Positions 52,225-64,000 of a DNA stretch of 64,000 nt are shown here, in pieces. Position 1 is the stretch's first letter. Every line of letters starts with the position of its first letter. The DNA is taken from positions 39,122,001-39,186,000 of the forward strand of contig NC_043000.1 in assembly GCF_006345805.1 (NCBI RefSeq), written 5' to 3'. Under the pieces are notes generated by a model. That model ran no database searches, was not told the DNA's origin, and worked only from the letters and a program-made list of their open reading frames with translations. The translations under genes and the position numbers were made by a program. Source of the DNA: Octopus sinensis. Lineage: Eukaryota.

Positions 52225-52870
52225 GAATGACAATTTACGTTCTGAGTTCAAGTTCCGCCGAAGTCGACTTTGCTTTTCATCCTTTTCATCGATAAATTAA
52301 GTACCAGTTGTGTACTGTTGTCGATCTAATCGACTGGCTCCCTCCCCAAAAATTTCGGGCCTTGTGCCTAGAGTAAAAAGGAGTATGTTTGTAGCTTAAG
52401 GCGGAGAGATGGCAGAAACGTTAGCACGCCGGGCAAAATGCTTGGCTGTATTTCGACTGTCTTTACGTTCTGTGTTCAAATTCCGCCGAGGTCGACTTTG
52501 CCTTTCATCCTTTCGGGGTCGATTAAATAAGTACCAGTTACGCACTGGGGTCGATATAATCGACTTAATCGCTGGGCAAAATGCGTAGCCGTATTTCGTA
52601 TGCCGTTACGTTCTGAGTTCAAATTCCGCCAATTATATCGCACTGGGGTCGATATAATCGACTTTGTGGTTACCCCTTTGTGGGTAGTAAAGAAATAGGT
52701 ATTTCGTCAGCCGCTACGTTCCGAGTTCAGATTCCGCCGAGGTAGACTTCACCTTTCATCCTTTCGGGGGTCGATATCTTAGGTACCAGTTGCGTACTGG
52801 GGTCGACCTAATCAACTGGCCTCCCCCCGCCCAAAGTTCGGGCCTTGTGACTAGAGTAGAAAATAGTATT
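52225..52870 (+). mobile_element. SINE family A multimer
   Basis: Repeated GTTCTGAGTTCAAATTCCGCC units. Confidence 0.88.
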
Positions 52871-53309
52871 TATTACACTGCAGCACATATTTTCCAGTAT
52901 TCCCAGCTCTCATGCATACCACAGAAATATAACACCTACGTGAGTGCTTGTAGGGGATGGGGCTTAGATTTTAACCCTACACACACATGCACGCGCATAC
53001 ACACACACACTCACGGTAACACAGATATACAACCACATACACAGAGGCATGCACACAACCACACACACACACACATCCACATACACACATGCACACACAC
53101 AACCACACATACACAACCACACACATAAACAAACATCCGCACACATACATACACCCATACACACTCACACACGCACAAATGCTTAAACATGTATATTATA
53201 CACGTGGATATGCATACATAGTGGACACCTCTGCTGTAGACGACAAATGAAAGTTTCGCAAATTCTTGTCGAACAACCTGCACAAAGGATTTATTTGTAG
53301 GGATTAAAT

Positions 53310-53528
53310 GCATGTGCCGTACTTTAGCTCACCCCCGCCTCCATCAAGTCCACGTCGCCTGAACAGGTGTACTACACGGTGTGCTACACGTAAGATGCGG
53401 AAGTGATCGCAGGAACGTGGAATTAAATGTTTTACTGAAGAACACCACGCATCAGCCAGTCTGCGAATCGAAACCACGCTCTTGCGATCGTGTGTGCAGC
53501 ACTCTAACCACTAAGCTACGCACCTTCA
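53310..53528 (-). mobile_element. tRNA-derived SINE (family C-related, diverged)
   Basis: Head GTGCGTAGCTTAGTGGTTAGAGTGC..GGTTTCGATTC. Confidence 0.65.
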
Positions 53529-53659
53529 CACACACTCATATATCCATAAGTACACACACACACACACACACACCTATTAAGAAAAAGCGTTGATCTTTTC
53601 CTCTATTTTATCAACTTCCTTACTTAATAACTTCAATAGATACAGTCGTTGTATAGCAG

Positions 53660-53800
53660 TGGTGGAGGTGGTAACAGTAGTAGTAGTAGTAGTAGTAGTA
53701 GTAATGATGATGATGATGATAATAATAATAATAATAATAATGTTAACATTAGTATGATTATCATCATCATTATTATTATTATTATAATTATTATTATTAT

Positions 53801-53860
<60 letters not shown>
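53660..53860. repeat. Compound trinucleotide microsatellite (AGT/GAT/AAT/ATT)
   Basis: Directly visible. Confidence 0.95.
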
Positions 53861-53861
<1 letters not shown>

Positions 53862-56800
53862 GTTTCAAAACAACTATATTAAAAGCCGTATTTGTTTTTT
53901 ACACTTGAAACTAAACCACTTAAGGATATTTATTAATGCGGTATCCTTAGTAATTGCGCCATTCATTATATTTACTCTTTATTTACTTCAACAATTAATT
54001 GTATCCTGGTTTAGGGCGACAAAGTAGCAGAATCGTTAGCGCGTTGGAATAAAAATTTAAGCGGTATTTACGTTTTAAGTTCAAATACCACGTGATCTAT
54101 TTCCCCTTTTTCATCTTTTAGCGGTCGATACAATAACCTCTGCAGCCATTTTTAATCGATTAGTCCCCATTCTACTCCAAATGTTAGGTCTTGTGCCTAT
54201 ACTAGAAAAATTTGTATTCTGGTTTATTTACATTCAATGAAGGTGTGTGGCCTACTGGTAAGAGCATTGCACACACGAATCACAAGATCTTGCTTTCGAT
54301 TCCTGGACAGGATGCTGCGCTGTAGTCTTGAGAGAAACACATCGTTTCATCGTTCCACATTGCTCTGGTCCACATAGCTGTAAATAAGCAACTCTGAAAC
54401 GAACCGGCGTCTCGTTGAGGGAGAATGTTATGTGGATCTATGACTCCTTGTACTTGAGACATTAATCTAGACTAACTATTAACTTTCATTATTATATGTA
54501 TATATAATGCGGCGAGCTGGCAGAATCGTTAGCACACTGGACGAAATGCTTGGCGATATTTCACTCGTCACGACGTTCAAATTCCGCCGAAGTCTACTTC
54601 GGGATTCGATAAATTAAGTACCAGTCTCACATAGAGGACGTGAAACAATCCAGAAACCTAGGTCTGTGAGTATCACGTAGGGCTAGAGATAGGAGCGCTG
54701 ACCTCCCTTTCTTATGCTACACGGACACAAACTGTGTGTCGATAGCCAGCTAGGAAAGATTTTTCCTGGAGTTAAACAACAGCAACATCGTCCTTGTATT
54801 GGACTTCCACATTCTGTTGGCAAATAAACTTTGACAGTAAAGTTTTCTTCGTTTTAATTTAGGCTATAAATAGAGAAGTATCGAGGAAAATGGAAATAAT
54901 TGCTGTAAAGCGATGCATTTCGAATTCCAATCAGTAAAAAAAGTATTTGTTTTTAGATTGATCACACGGCAGCAGTTTTAAGGAGTGGGGTCAGTCTATG
55001 GCAACGATTCCAGCGTTTGACTGGTCTTTTATCTTATCACCTTCGAAGGTAAAGCTGACTCCAACAAAATCTGAACCCAGAACGTAATGGGTCAATGGAA
55101 ATCTCAACTATTTAATGATTCTGTCAGCCCCCTGTCTTAGAAATGACGTTTTCTGATTTCGGTCCAAGGCCAACAATTTTTGGTTGAGGGAGTTAATTGA
55201 TTAAATATACCTCAATGCCTGACTGGTATTTTACTCTAACGACCTCAAAGGAAGTCTAAAGCTATGTTGGCCATAGAAGAATTTCAACATAGAACGTAAA
55301 ATGTCAGAAGAAATTCTGAAAATTCCGATGCTTTAATGATTCTACCAGTATACCTGCTTAATTCTGCTATGAATAATGGTTTTAAATTTAGGCATAGGGC
55401 AAGCAGTTTCTGAAGAGAGTAGGAAGTCAGTTAAATCGACCCCAGTACTTGACTGGTACTTATTTGATCGTCACCAAAAGGAAGAAAAGAAACGGTGGCC
55501 TCGGAGGAATTTGAACTTAATACGTTAGCACTCCGGACGATATACCACTCAGCACTTTGTCCTGTGTGCTTGTAATTCTCCAACTCACCGCCTTAATTTC
55601 ACTGTAAATAACTCCTAAAATATCGGGTAAATATGCAGCTATATATACGCCGAACAAAATACTTAGCAGCATTTCGTGCGTCTTCATGTTCTGAGTTCAA
55701 ATTCTGTAGACAAAATATAAACCCGTTGAGCACGGGGGGCAATTCAATCAACTTACCCCTCCATTGAAACTACTGGCCTCGTGCCAGAATTTGAAACCTA
55801 TATAACTCCGTTATGTAATATAAACTTTCTTACTTTATATAGCATTGTGAGATTTGAAAGAGATATATCTACTATTTATAACAAGTCAAGGAACAATGTG
55901 AAGGCTCTATTGCCAGTAGAGTTTATCTGGTGGATCAGTGATTAATAATTTATGAGTAGTCGACGTCTACTGATTCACATTCCTAATCTGTCATAGAATG
56001 TCTTAAAGATTACACCTTACTATTTCTGAACAACGTGACTCATATCTTTCGTAAAACGGACAACCGTGTTTCTGATTATAACTCAGATCACATACCAAGC
56101 ACAAAAGTAAGGAACATCTAGGTGAGTGTTTGACTTGCTAGAAAGGGCAGTCAAATCTCTCTCAAAATAGAGGCCCATATCTTTTGATAAAAAATAACAT
56201 TGAATACTGTAGTATTAAATAACAATAGAAATGGAGTGAACATTGCTGGGTTGAAACTCACTTTGCAATTAAGTGGTTTCGGGTTCCGTTCCACTACACG
56301 GCGTCACCTTGTGCACGTATCTTCTAATGAGTTTGTTAGACGGAAACTATACCTGTTTGGAAGCACATTTGGTTATATATATATATATATATATATACTT
56401 TTAGTCTTTTACTTGTTTCAGTCATTTGACTGCAGGCATACAGGTACACTGCTTTTAGTCAAACAATTGTACCCCAGGACTTTGAACTCCTAGTATTTAT
56501 TCTATCGTTTAATTTTGCCGAACCGCTACGTTACAGGGACGTAAACACACCAACATCGGTTGTGAAGCGATGGCGGGAGGACAAACAAAGACACAGAGAC
56601 AAATATATATGCGTGTTTGTGCGTGTGTTTGTGTGTGTGTAGGTTAGTATATTCGTATGCATGTGCATGCACATACGTCGAACCTCTCCGTTAACCAATC
56701 TTTTCCTTCTCGACCCCTGCATATGTTTCCTTATTATTATCATTATTATTACCGCTTATACTATGACTGTTGCATTCTTTATACACACCTATCTTTCCTT

Positions 56801-57013
56801 CTGAAAGATAAGGTAAGTCTCTCTGCCTGCTTGGACTTGTCATACGAAATGGTTACACAGCGCGGAAACTTCAGGGTAACAGGTCACTACATGTGTGTAT
56901 TGAGTATCTCTTTACCTGGTTGTTACTTAACAATGGACATACACACACACACATACTCAAATTCGTGTGAGCGTTTATGTCCTTATCCATCTATCTATTC
57001 ACACACATGTATA

Positions 57014-57107
<94 letters not shown>

Positions 57108-57856
57108 CATACATATTATGGATGTTTCTCGAGAAGAGGAAAAGGGAAAGAGAGAGAGTGACAGAGAGTAAAAGAGAGAAAACGGGAGAAAATATTGATA
57201 GTTTCAGTTTTAATTAAGTTGCTGTTATTCGAAAGAGCAATTACGGTCAAGAGTTTTAATTAAACGAGAAGAAAGCAAAATAAAAATATAATAACGTAAT
57301 TGACCGAATACTTTCTCGCAGCCAAAAAGTAAAATTTTAATTAAATGCACAATAGTGCTATATTGTAACGAAAATTGTAGTTTAATAAACAAAGAAAAGA
57401 CTTTAGATATCTCATCAATGTGTCTTCTCAACACCTTCCTAATGTCTAGGATTAAATGATAATTTCAAGAAGCATTAAAAAGGATTTTCGACTACACACA
57501 AATATGAGATTACAATCGATTAATTTCACTCGAGTATATTAGTAACAATTAGTTCATCAATATGAGATGAATGGAAAGCAAAATTAATATTTAAAAAAAT
57601 TTAAGTTCAGCATTTAGCAAGACAAAAGTTATCATTTAACGACATCTTGTTGGACGCCGTGTTTTTTCTTGTTGCTCAGGCGTTCAATTAATCAAAACAA
57701 AGATTCATGTTTATAGACGCTGTTTGTACTAAGCAGCTTACTTCCTAACCACTTGGCTAACAGTTTTTCTAATATACTCCCCGGCCGGCCAGGCTCTTGA
57801 CAGTGAATTTGGTAGACGGTAACTGAAAGAAGCCCGTAATATATATGTAACTCTGT

Positions 57857-57887
<31 letters not shown>

Positions 57888-58269
57888 ATCATTTGTGTTT
57901 GTGTTTGTGTCTGTAATACCCGCGCTTGACAACCGCTGTTGGTTTGTTTAGATTCCCGCAAATCGCGGCTCTGCAAAGGAGTTCGATACAGTAAATACTA
58001 TCCTGGGGTTGATTTGCCCGACTAAAATCCTTCAAAGCTGTGTCAAACTACGATGGCAGTTTAACGACTGAATTAAGACAGGAATTAATGATGACAAATT
58101 TTTCTGGTTCATATATTTTTGTGTCAGGATCAGCTAAGCATAACATGGAATAAAAGAAAGGTCTGGGCAATGCAGTTAGTGAGGAAGCGGGAAAGAGGTT
58201 GGATGTAACAAGATTCGTGGGAGGTGAAAAGTCGTATGATCTTTTACAGAGATACGCAAGTGTTCAAAT

Positions 58270-59490
58270 GTAATAGAGAGAAAGTGTTCGTCTATTAGAG
58301 GCTGCGATGATGGACTCAAAGTTGTGGGGGGAGGATTAGGATAGCATTAAAGTAGATCTTTTAACGATAGAGTAATATTTATGTTGACGAGGGAAGTCTG
58401 AGTCTAGCATATTAAAAAGGATTTAGCTAAGGTCTTAATGTTTAGTGAGAAACGAGGTGTATACCATAGACCAGAACGTCCACCGCTTTGTTTTGGTATT
58501 TTAGGGGTAGTGTAATCTATATTTTTAGAAATTAGAAGTGGGTAATATGGCCTGTTATAGTTAGAAGTTAGAGGTGGATAATATGGCGAGCTGGCAGAAT
58601 CGTTAGCACGCCAGGTTAACGTTCTGAGTTCAAATTCCACCGAGGTCGACTTTGTGTTTCATCCTTTCGGGGTTGATTAAATAAGTACCAGTTACGCACA
58701 GGGGTCGATGTAATCGACTTAGTCCCTTCGTCTGTTCTTGTTTCTCTCTCTATGTTTATCCCCTTGTGGGCAATAAAGATTTAAATATGGCCTATTTAAA
58801 AAGCTGTTTTAGCTTTTGACCTAGTGTTATATGTGTTCGTGTGGTATCTAAGTTGTCTTAGCCTGTGTTCTCCCGGGGTTCTCGTATAGTGTATGTGAGG
58901 TCTGTTGTGATACTGATGGTTAGCATGTCGTTGTGATATGATTTTAGATATATCTTGCTTGAGCCTAGTATTGAGATGTATTTCATGTGTTGGGAAAAGC
59001 CGCTAGCAGCAAGCACTTGGTTGTAATATGAGGCGTGGTTATTGAATATTTCCTCAGTAGATTAGAGGTTAGATATACGAATCGAGATGCCCTTAACTCT
59101 ATTATCAAGGTGGATTTGTAGTGAGTGGAATTAATGTTTAAGTACTTAAGGTATTGGTTAGGTTTGTGATATGGGGATATTGGGAGATTTCTAAGTTAAA
59201 ATTTACGCCTAAAAATTAGCTGTTTTATGGGAATTTTGAAAATTTGGGTAAATCTTTCCTAACACGTTCTAAAGAGGATTTATTAACGCCTTTGGTGACT
59301 AGCAAAGCTTCATCTCTGTACAGGCCTCCCTTAATGTTTGGAAAATGTATTCGGAGATGATGGAGTATGTATAGTTCAACGAGGTCAGTGACTTGAGCGG
59401 AGTCGGATGATCGCATAGTAATGTCAAATAATTTGCTTTGGTTACTGTTATTGTTACAGAGGTTGGCCCAGCACCAAAGTTTGTTCTTGA
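58270..59490 (-). mobile_element. Penelope-like element relic (RT C-terminal half), interrupted by a SINE
   Basis: LFDITMRSSDSAQVTDLVELYIL, GLYRDEAL, EEIFNNHASYYNQVL, LWYTPRFSLNIKTLAKSFL, NFESII. Confidence 0.8.
58585..58780 (+). mobile_element. SINE family A
   Basis: GGCGAGCTGGCAGAATCGTTAGC head to CCCCTTGTGGGCAATAAAG tail; AATATGGC duplicated at the flanks. Confidence 0.88.
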
Positions 59491-59531
59491 AAGAAATATA
59501 TATATATATACATACATACATAATACATACA

Positions 59532-59560
<29 letters not shown>

Positions 59561-59562
<2 letters not shown>

Positions 59563-60290
59563 GTCTGCAAAGGGAAGACAACTAAGAGGATGGCTACTGA
59601 GGTCCTTCAAGACAAGAGACCAAGAAACTGTGTTGACCATGTGGGTAACATTTTTTCATAGCTACCTAGACTACTGCTCCCAGTTATATTCACCACATAG
59701 TACCAAACTAACAGCGAAGCTTGAAACAGTCAAACGCCACTACACTAAAAAGATTGAAACTGTGAAGCGGATGAGCTACAGGGATAGGCTGAGAAAACTG
59801 CAACTTGAGTCCCTGGAGTGAAGGTGCAACAGATATATAATAATCTACATATGGAAAACTCTAAATGCGCTAGTACCGAATTTCAACATTGAGTGTTATA
59901 CAAATGCTAGGACTGGCCGGTATTGTATTGTGCCAAAGGTAACATCCACTCAATCTAAATTCAGGTCCAGGTACTGAAATAGTCTAGGATTCAAAGGCTC
60001 GCATCTCTTTAATGTTCTACCGCAACAATTAAGAAATCTGCATAAAGTGGAAGTAGAAATCTTCAGAAAGGAACTATACATTCTCCTCTCCACAATCCCG
60101 GATGAACAAACAGCCTGACGTGCGGTACAGACGAGGGAAGCTGAATCAAACTCGCTTATACAATAAATAGGAAAACAACCGGAACAAAGGCACACACAGG
60201 AGTGGTGATGTGAAGCACCCCAGAATGAGAAAATCAGAAAGTGGTGCTCAAGCATGACAGCAGCCACATGGCTGAAACGAGTAAAAGAGT
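59561..60290 (+). mobile_element. 5'-truncated LINE (same group as 3401-5683)
   Basis: SYLDYCSQLYSP, LQLESLE*RCNRYIIIYIWK, SLGFKGSHLFN; SINE-B-like tail. Confidence 0.88.
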
Positions 60291-60582
60291 ATTACCTTCG
60301 AAACGCAGAGTAGATGAAACAGGGACAACTGATGAAGGGGAATATCTTTTAAGTTGCATGTCTCGTTTTTCTGCTTGTTTTTTCGTTCGAATAAAGTTCG
60401 TTTTTTATGTTTTTGTTTTTATGTTTTCGGTTTTCATTGTGTTCAAGCCTTTTTTTTGTTTGATGTCCTATACTCATATATGCATGTATATATACGTCTA
60501 TATGTAGCTATGTACATGTATGTATATATGCATATATTTATATATTATTTATATTATATACATATATATATATATATATATA

Positions 60583-60677
<95 letters not shown>

Positions 60678-60699
60678 TATATTATATATATACATTTCC

Positions 60700-62806
60700 A
60701 TGTTGGAAAATAATACTTACTATGAGAAATTAATACAATACAACCCACAAAAAACACTGAAAATACAGTCCTAGTCTATTCTACGGATTGCCCAAAATAC
60801 ATAAAAATCCACACATTTGTGAAGCCTGCAAAGTCTATACAAGCCTATGCATTAATGTCCCTCCCCCTACTGACCTCAAACTGAGACCCATCATAGCTGG
60901 CCCTTCTCGTGAAACTCACCCTTTGAGCAACTTCCTCGACATATTACTCAAACCTTTTTAAAATATGTGAAAAGCTTTATCAGGGATGACCTAGACATGC
61001 TGAACCACCCCGCGAAGACAGTAAAGGAAGGAACCCTGCTGGTATCCATGTGGTGAATCTGTACACCAATATCCCACAGGACTATGGTATAGAAGCAATC
61101 ACATTCTGGCTAGAAAAATACCCAGAAGAGATCCCAGGACGCATTAACCCCAGTTTTATAATTGAAGCACTCAAATTCATCTTGCTGAACAATTATTTCA
61201 TGATCGATACAACTTACTATCGACAAAAATGTGGAATTGCAGTGGGAACCAGAGCTGCTCCAGTGATTGCAAACCTTGTAATGGGTTACCTAGAACTCAA
61301 GTTATACCGATTATCACGAGAAAAATATGGCGCCACTTTTAATTGCTATTTAAAGGAGAACTGCAAGAGATATTTGGATGATTGCTTCATACTTTGGAAA
61401 GACAGCATGGATAAACTCCTTGATTTCAAATTAATACTTAACAACATACATAGCAATATACAATTCACTATGGAATACAACAGTAAACAACTCCCTTTTC
61501 TAGATATCTTAATTAAAATAGTTAACAAGCACATAGAAACAGACATCTTTTATAAACCCACAGATTCTAAACAATACCTATTATTTAACTCTTGCCACCC
61601 CAAACACATAAAAATTAATATACCATTTAATCTAGCGAACAGAACCTGCACCATAGTTTCGGATACATATACACGTAAACAAAGACTCCTTGAACTTAGA
61701 TCAACATTACCCAATCTCATTAATAAATGAAGGCATTAAAAGAGCTAAGGAAATATATATACAAATATTAAGGCAAGCCAGCCGAAATACAAAACCAGAC
61801 TTAAAAATACTCCCGTACATTTCCACACATAACCCTAGAAACAACGCAGCCTTCAACATTATCACCCAAAATCTTCATCCTCACAGCAGACAAAACAATG
61901 AATGAAATTTGAAGCTCATACAAAATTATAAAAGGCAAAAAGTAACCGAAATCACTGAAAAAAATATTAACCAGCGCAAGACTATATCCACTAACAACAG
62001 AGCCAAAAGTGAAAAACTGTGGTCGTCGTAACTGTGGAACATGCCCCCACCTTTTGGAGGGTTCAGAATTTCACTTCAAACAAGGATAAATATTTAAGAT
62101 CAAATCAAATTTCACCTGCGCTTCGGAAAATCTAATCTATATCATGACTTGCTTAGGAACTGGTAACCACTTTATTGGATAAACAGGAATTTCACTCCGT
62201 CGAAGAACCACCATTCACAAAGAGCAAATCCGCCAACCACAATACAGACAGTTACAGATTAGTGAATACATAGAAAGGTGTGCCAGGAATCTTAATCCTA
62301 ATTTCCAAATCTTTCCCTTCTATCAATGTTCACAGAATACCACAATGCAACAAAGGTTGAATAAAGAGGCATTTTTCATCAATAAATATCTCCCACAACT
62401 AAATATGAACACACAACTTAATCCAGAACACCACTAACCCTTCAATTAAAACCACTAACCCCTATACACTCCCTACATCATTCACATTACAATTCTATAT
62501 CTAAATCTAGAACTACTTACCTCCCTTACAAATAATCCAGAACTACATACCTCCCTTACAAATAATCTTTTCTGTCAGGAACTATTAGAACTGACACCGT
62601 TTATTAGCCGGTGTTTATTCAAAGCAATGAATAGTTTTGACGAAACCATGGTATGCTTTGCTTTCTGACTTTTTAATCGTCTCATAATAATGACTTTTAT
62701 GACTTTTATTACTACCTCAGTCCATCTAAATGTATATATATCTGTCGTTACCTTTCATAAAAAGCCTTTTCTTTTTCATTTACTTTGATCTTTCTTATTT
62801 TCCCCT
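60700..62806 (+). mobile_element. Penelope-like retroelement (RT + GIY-YIG), frameshifted, 5'-truncated, in (TA)n
   Basis: YGLPKIHK, LRPIIAGP, VNLYTNIP, GIAVGTRAAPVIANLVM, RYLDDCF, LPFLDI, YKPTDSKQYL...CHP; C-terminal NLIYIMTC...FIG*TG.SLRRRTTIH. Confidence 0.93.
62620..62660 (+). ncRNA. Degenerate hammerhead in the PLE 3' region
   Basis: CAAAGCA-(ATGA)-...GAC-GAAA-CCATGGT-A-TGCTTTG: 7-bp stem I, palindromic stem III, GUA site; CUG of the core missing. Confidence 0.55.
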
Positions 62807-62820
62807 ATATATATATATAT

Positions 62821-62923
<103 letters not shown>

Positions 62924-62948
62924 GCATATATATATATGTATATCTATG

Positions 62949-62992
<44 letters not shown>

Positions 62993-63554
62993 CATCTATA
63001 TATATATATATATAATATATATATGCTGTTATCTCTCCTAATTTCTCTAAAGTAATGAACACATGCATTAACAATAATGTTCTCCTCTACATTTATTCTC
63101 TCTCTTACTCTTCAAGTCCACTTGAGGTAAAAAAAATTTATGCCTCCCGAGATATCAGCCAATTTTTCCCCATGTCTGACATGTGTCACTTCCATCAGAA
63201 CGTGATGCCTACAGGCTGCACCCACCTTTCATCTCTTGCTGCGGTAGACTTGTAACTCATTTAACCAGCGTAGCATGTGTTAACGGTAAGGTTTATTCAA
63301 CTTCGCTCTTAATTATCTATGATATTCTCTAGGATTCAGTTTTATACTTGACTGACCACACACCACCGAGATTTGGAGATGTCTGTTGTAATGTAGGGGA
63401 GACAATAATTAATATACTAGGATATTTTACGGAAATAATACAGGCGTATATAGATTTACTTTTACAAACGTAAATAGAGTAACAGCATAGATATAGAAAT
63501 ACGGACACGCAAATTCTTTTATATCAATTTACCAGTACATATATACCAATGAGT

Positions 63555-63835
63555 GGAGGCGCAATGGCCCAGTGGTTAGGGCAGCGGACTTGCAGTCGTA
63601 GGATCGCGGTTTCGATTCCCAGAACGGGCGTTGTGAGTGTTTATTGAGTGAAAACACCTGAAAGCTCCACGATGCTCCGGCAGGGGTGGTGATCCCTGCT
63701 GTACTCATTCACCACTCTTTCTCTCACTCTTTGGTCTCACTGTTGGTCTGCTCGCTTAGCCAGAGGGGTGGCGTCATTCGAGGGCTAAAACAATGCGAAG
63801 GCATTGTGACCAGCGATGTGTAGCAACATCTGATG
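63555..63835 (+). mobile_element. tRNA-derived SINE, family D
   Basis: GGAGGCGCAATGGCCCAGTGGTTAGGGC (A box), GGTTTCGATTCCC (B box). Confidence 0.85.
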
Positions 63836-63967
63836 TATATACCAATGCGCAGACATAGTCATACACCCATATATACATGCCATATATACATGTATATACA
63901 CATTTATACATACATAGACAAGCACTCACACATACATATATATAAATATATAAATATATATATATAC

Positions 63968-64000
<33 letters not shown>

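Noticed and set aside
60290-60350. Possible type II hammerhead (GAAA...GUA...CUGAUGAAGG), with a related copy at ~12300-12350 minus
   Set aside because: Core pieces are present in permuted order but no stem I can be formed; likely a truncated or duplicated element end.

Overview
Repeat-saturated animal genomic DNA, almost certainly octopus (Octopus-type tRNA-derived SINEs, dense TA/CATA/GATA microsatellites). The only recognisable host gene is a BMP9/10 (BMP10-like) TGF-beta ligand on the minus strand. Two coding exons are present (36984-36080 and 34690-34457); the signal-peptide exon was not found. The rest is SINEs, CR1/L2-group LINE relics, RLE-type (R4/Dong-like) LINE ends nested in (CATA)n, two Penelope-like element (PLE) relics, mariner/hAT/Tigger/Helitron derivatives and a 5S rRNA-derived copy. 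The main unexplained signal is a set of at least six unrelated families of short non-coding elements inserted in (TA)n. They carry minimal type I hammerhead ribozyme (HHR) motifs (about 15 in the window). Several share a head-to-head foldback-plus-tail architecture, two look circularly permuted or terminally redundant, and one starts at or near the predicted self-cleavage site. Nearly all ORF-track entries outside these elements are microsatellite artefacts. All alignments were done by eye, and element boundaries are approximate unless stated.
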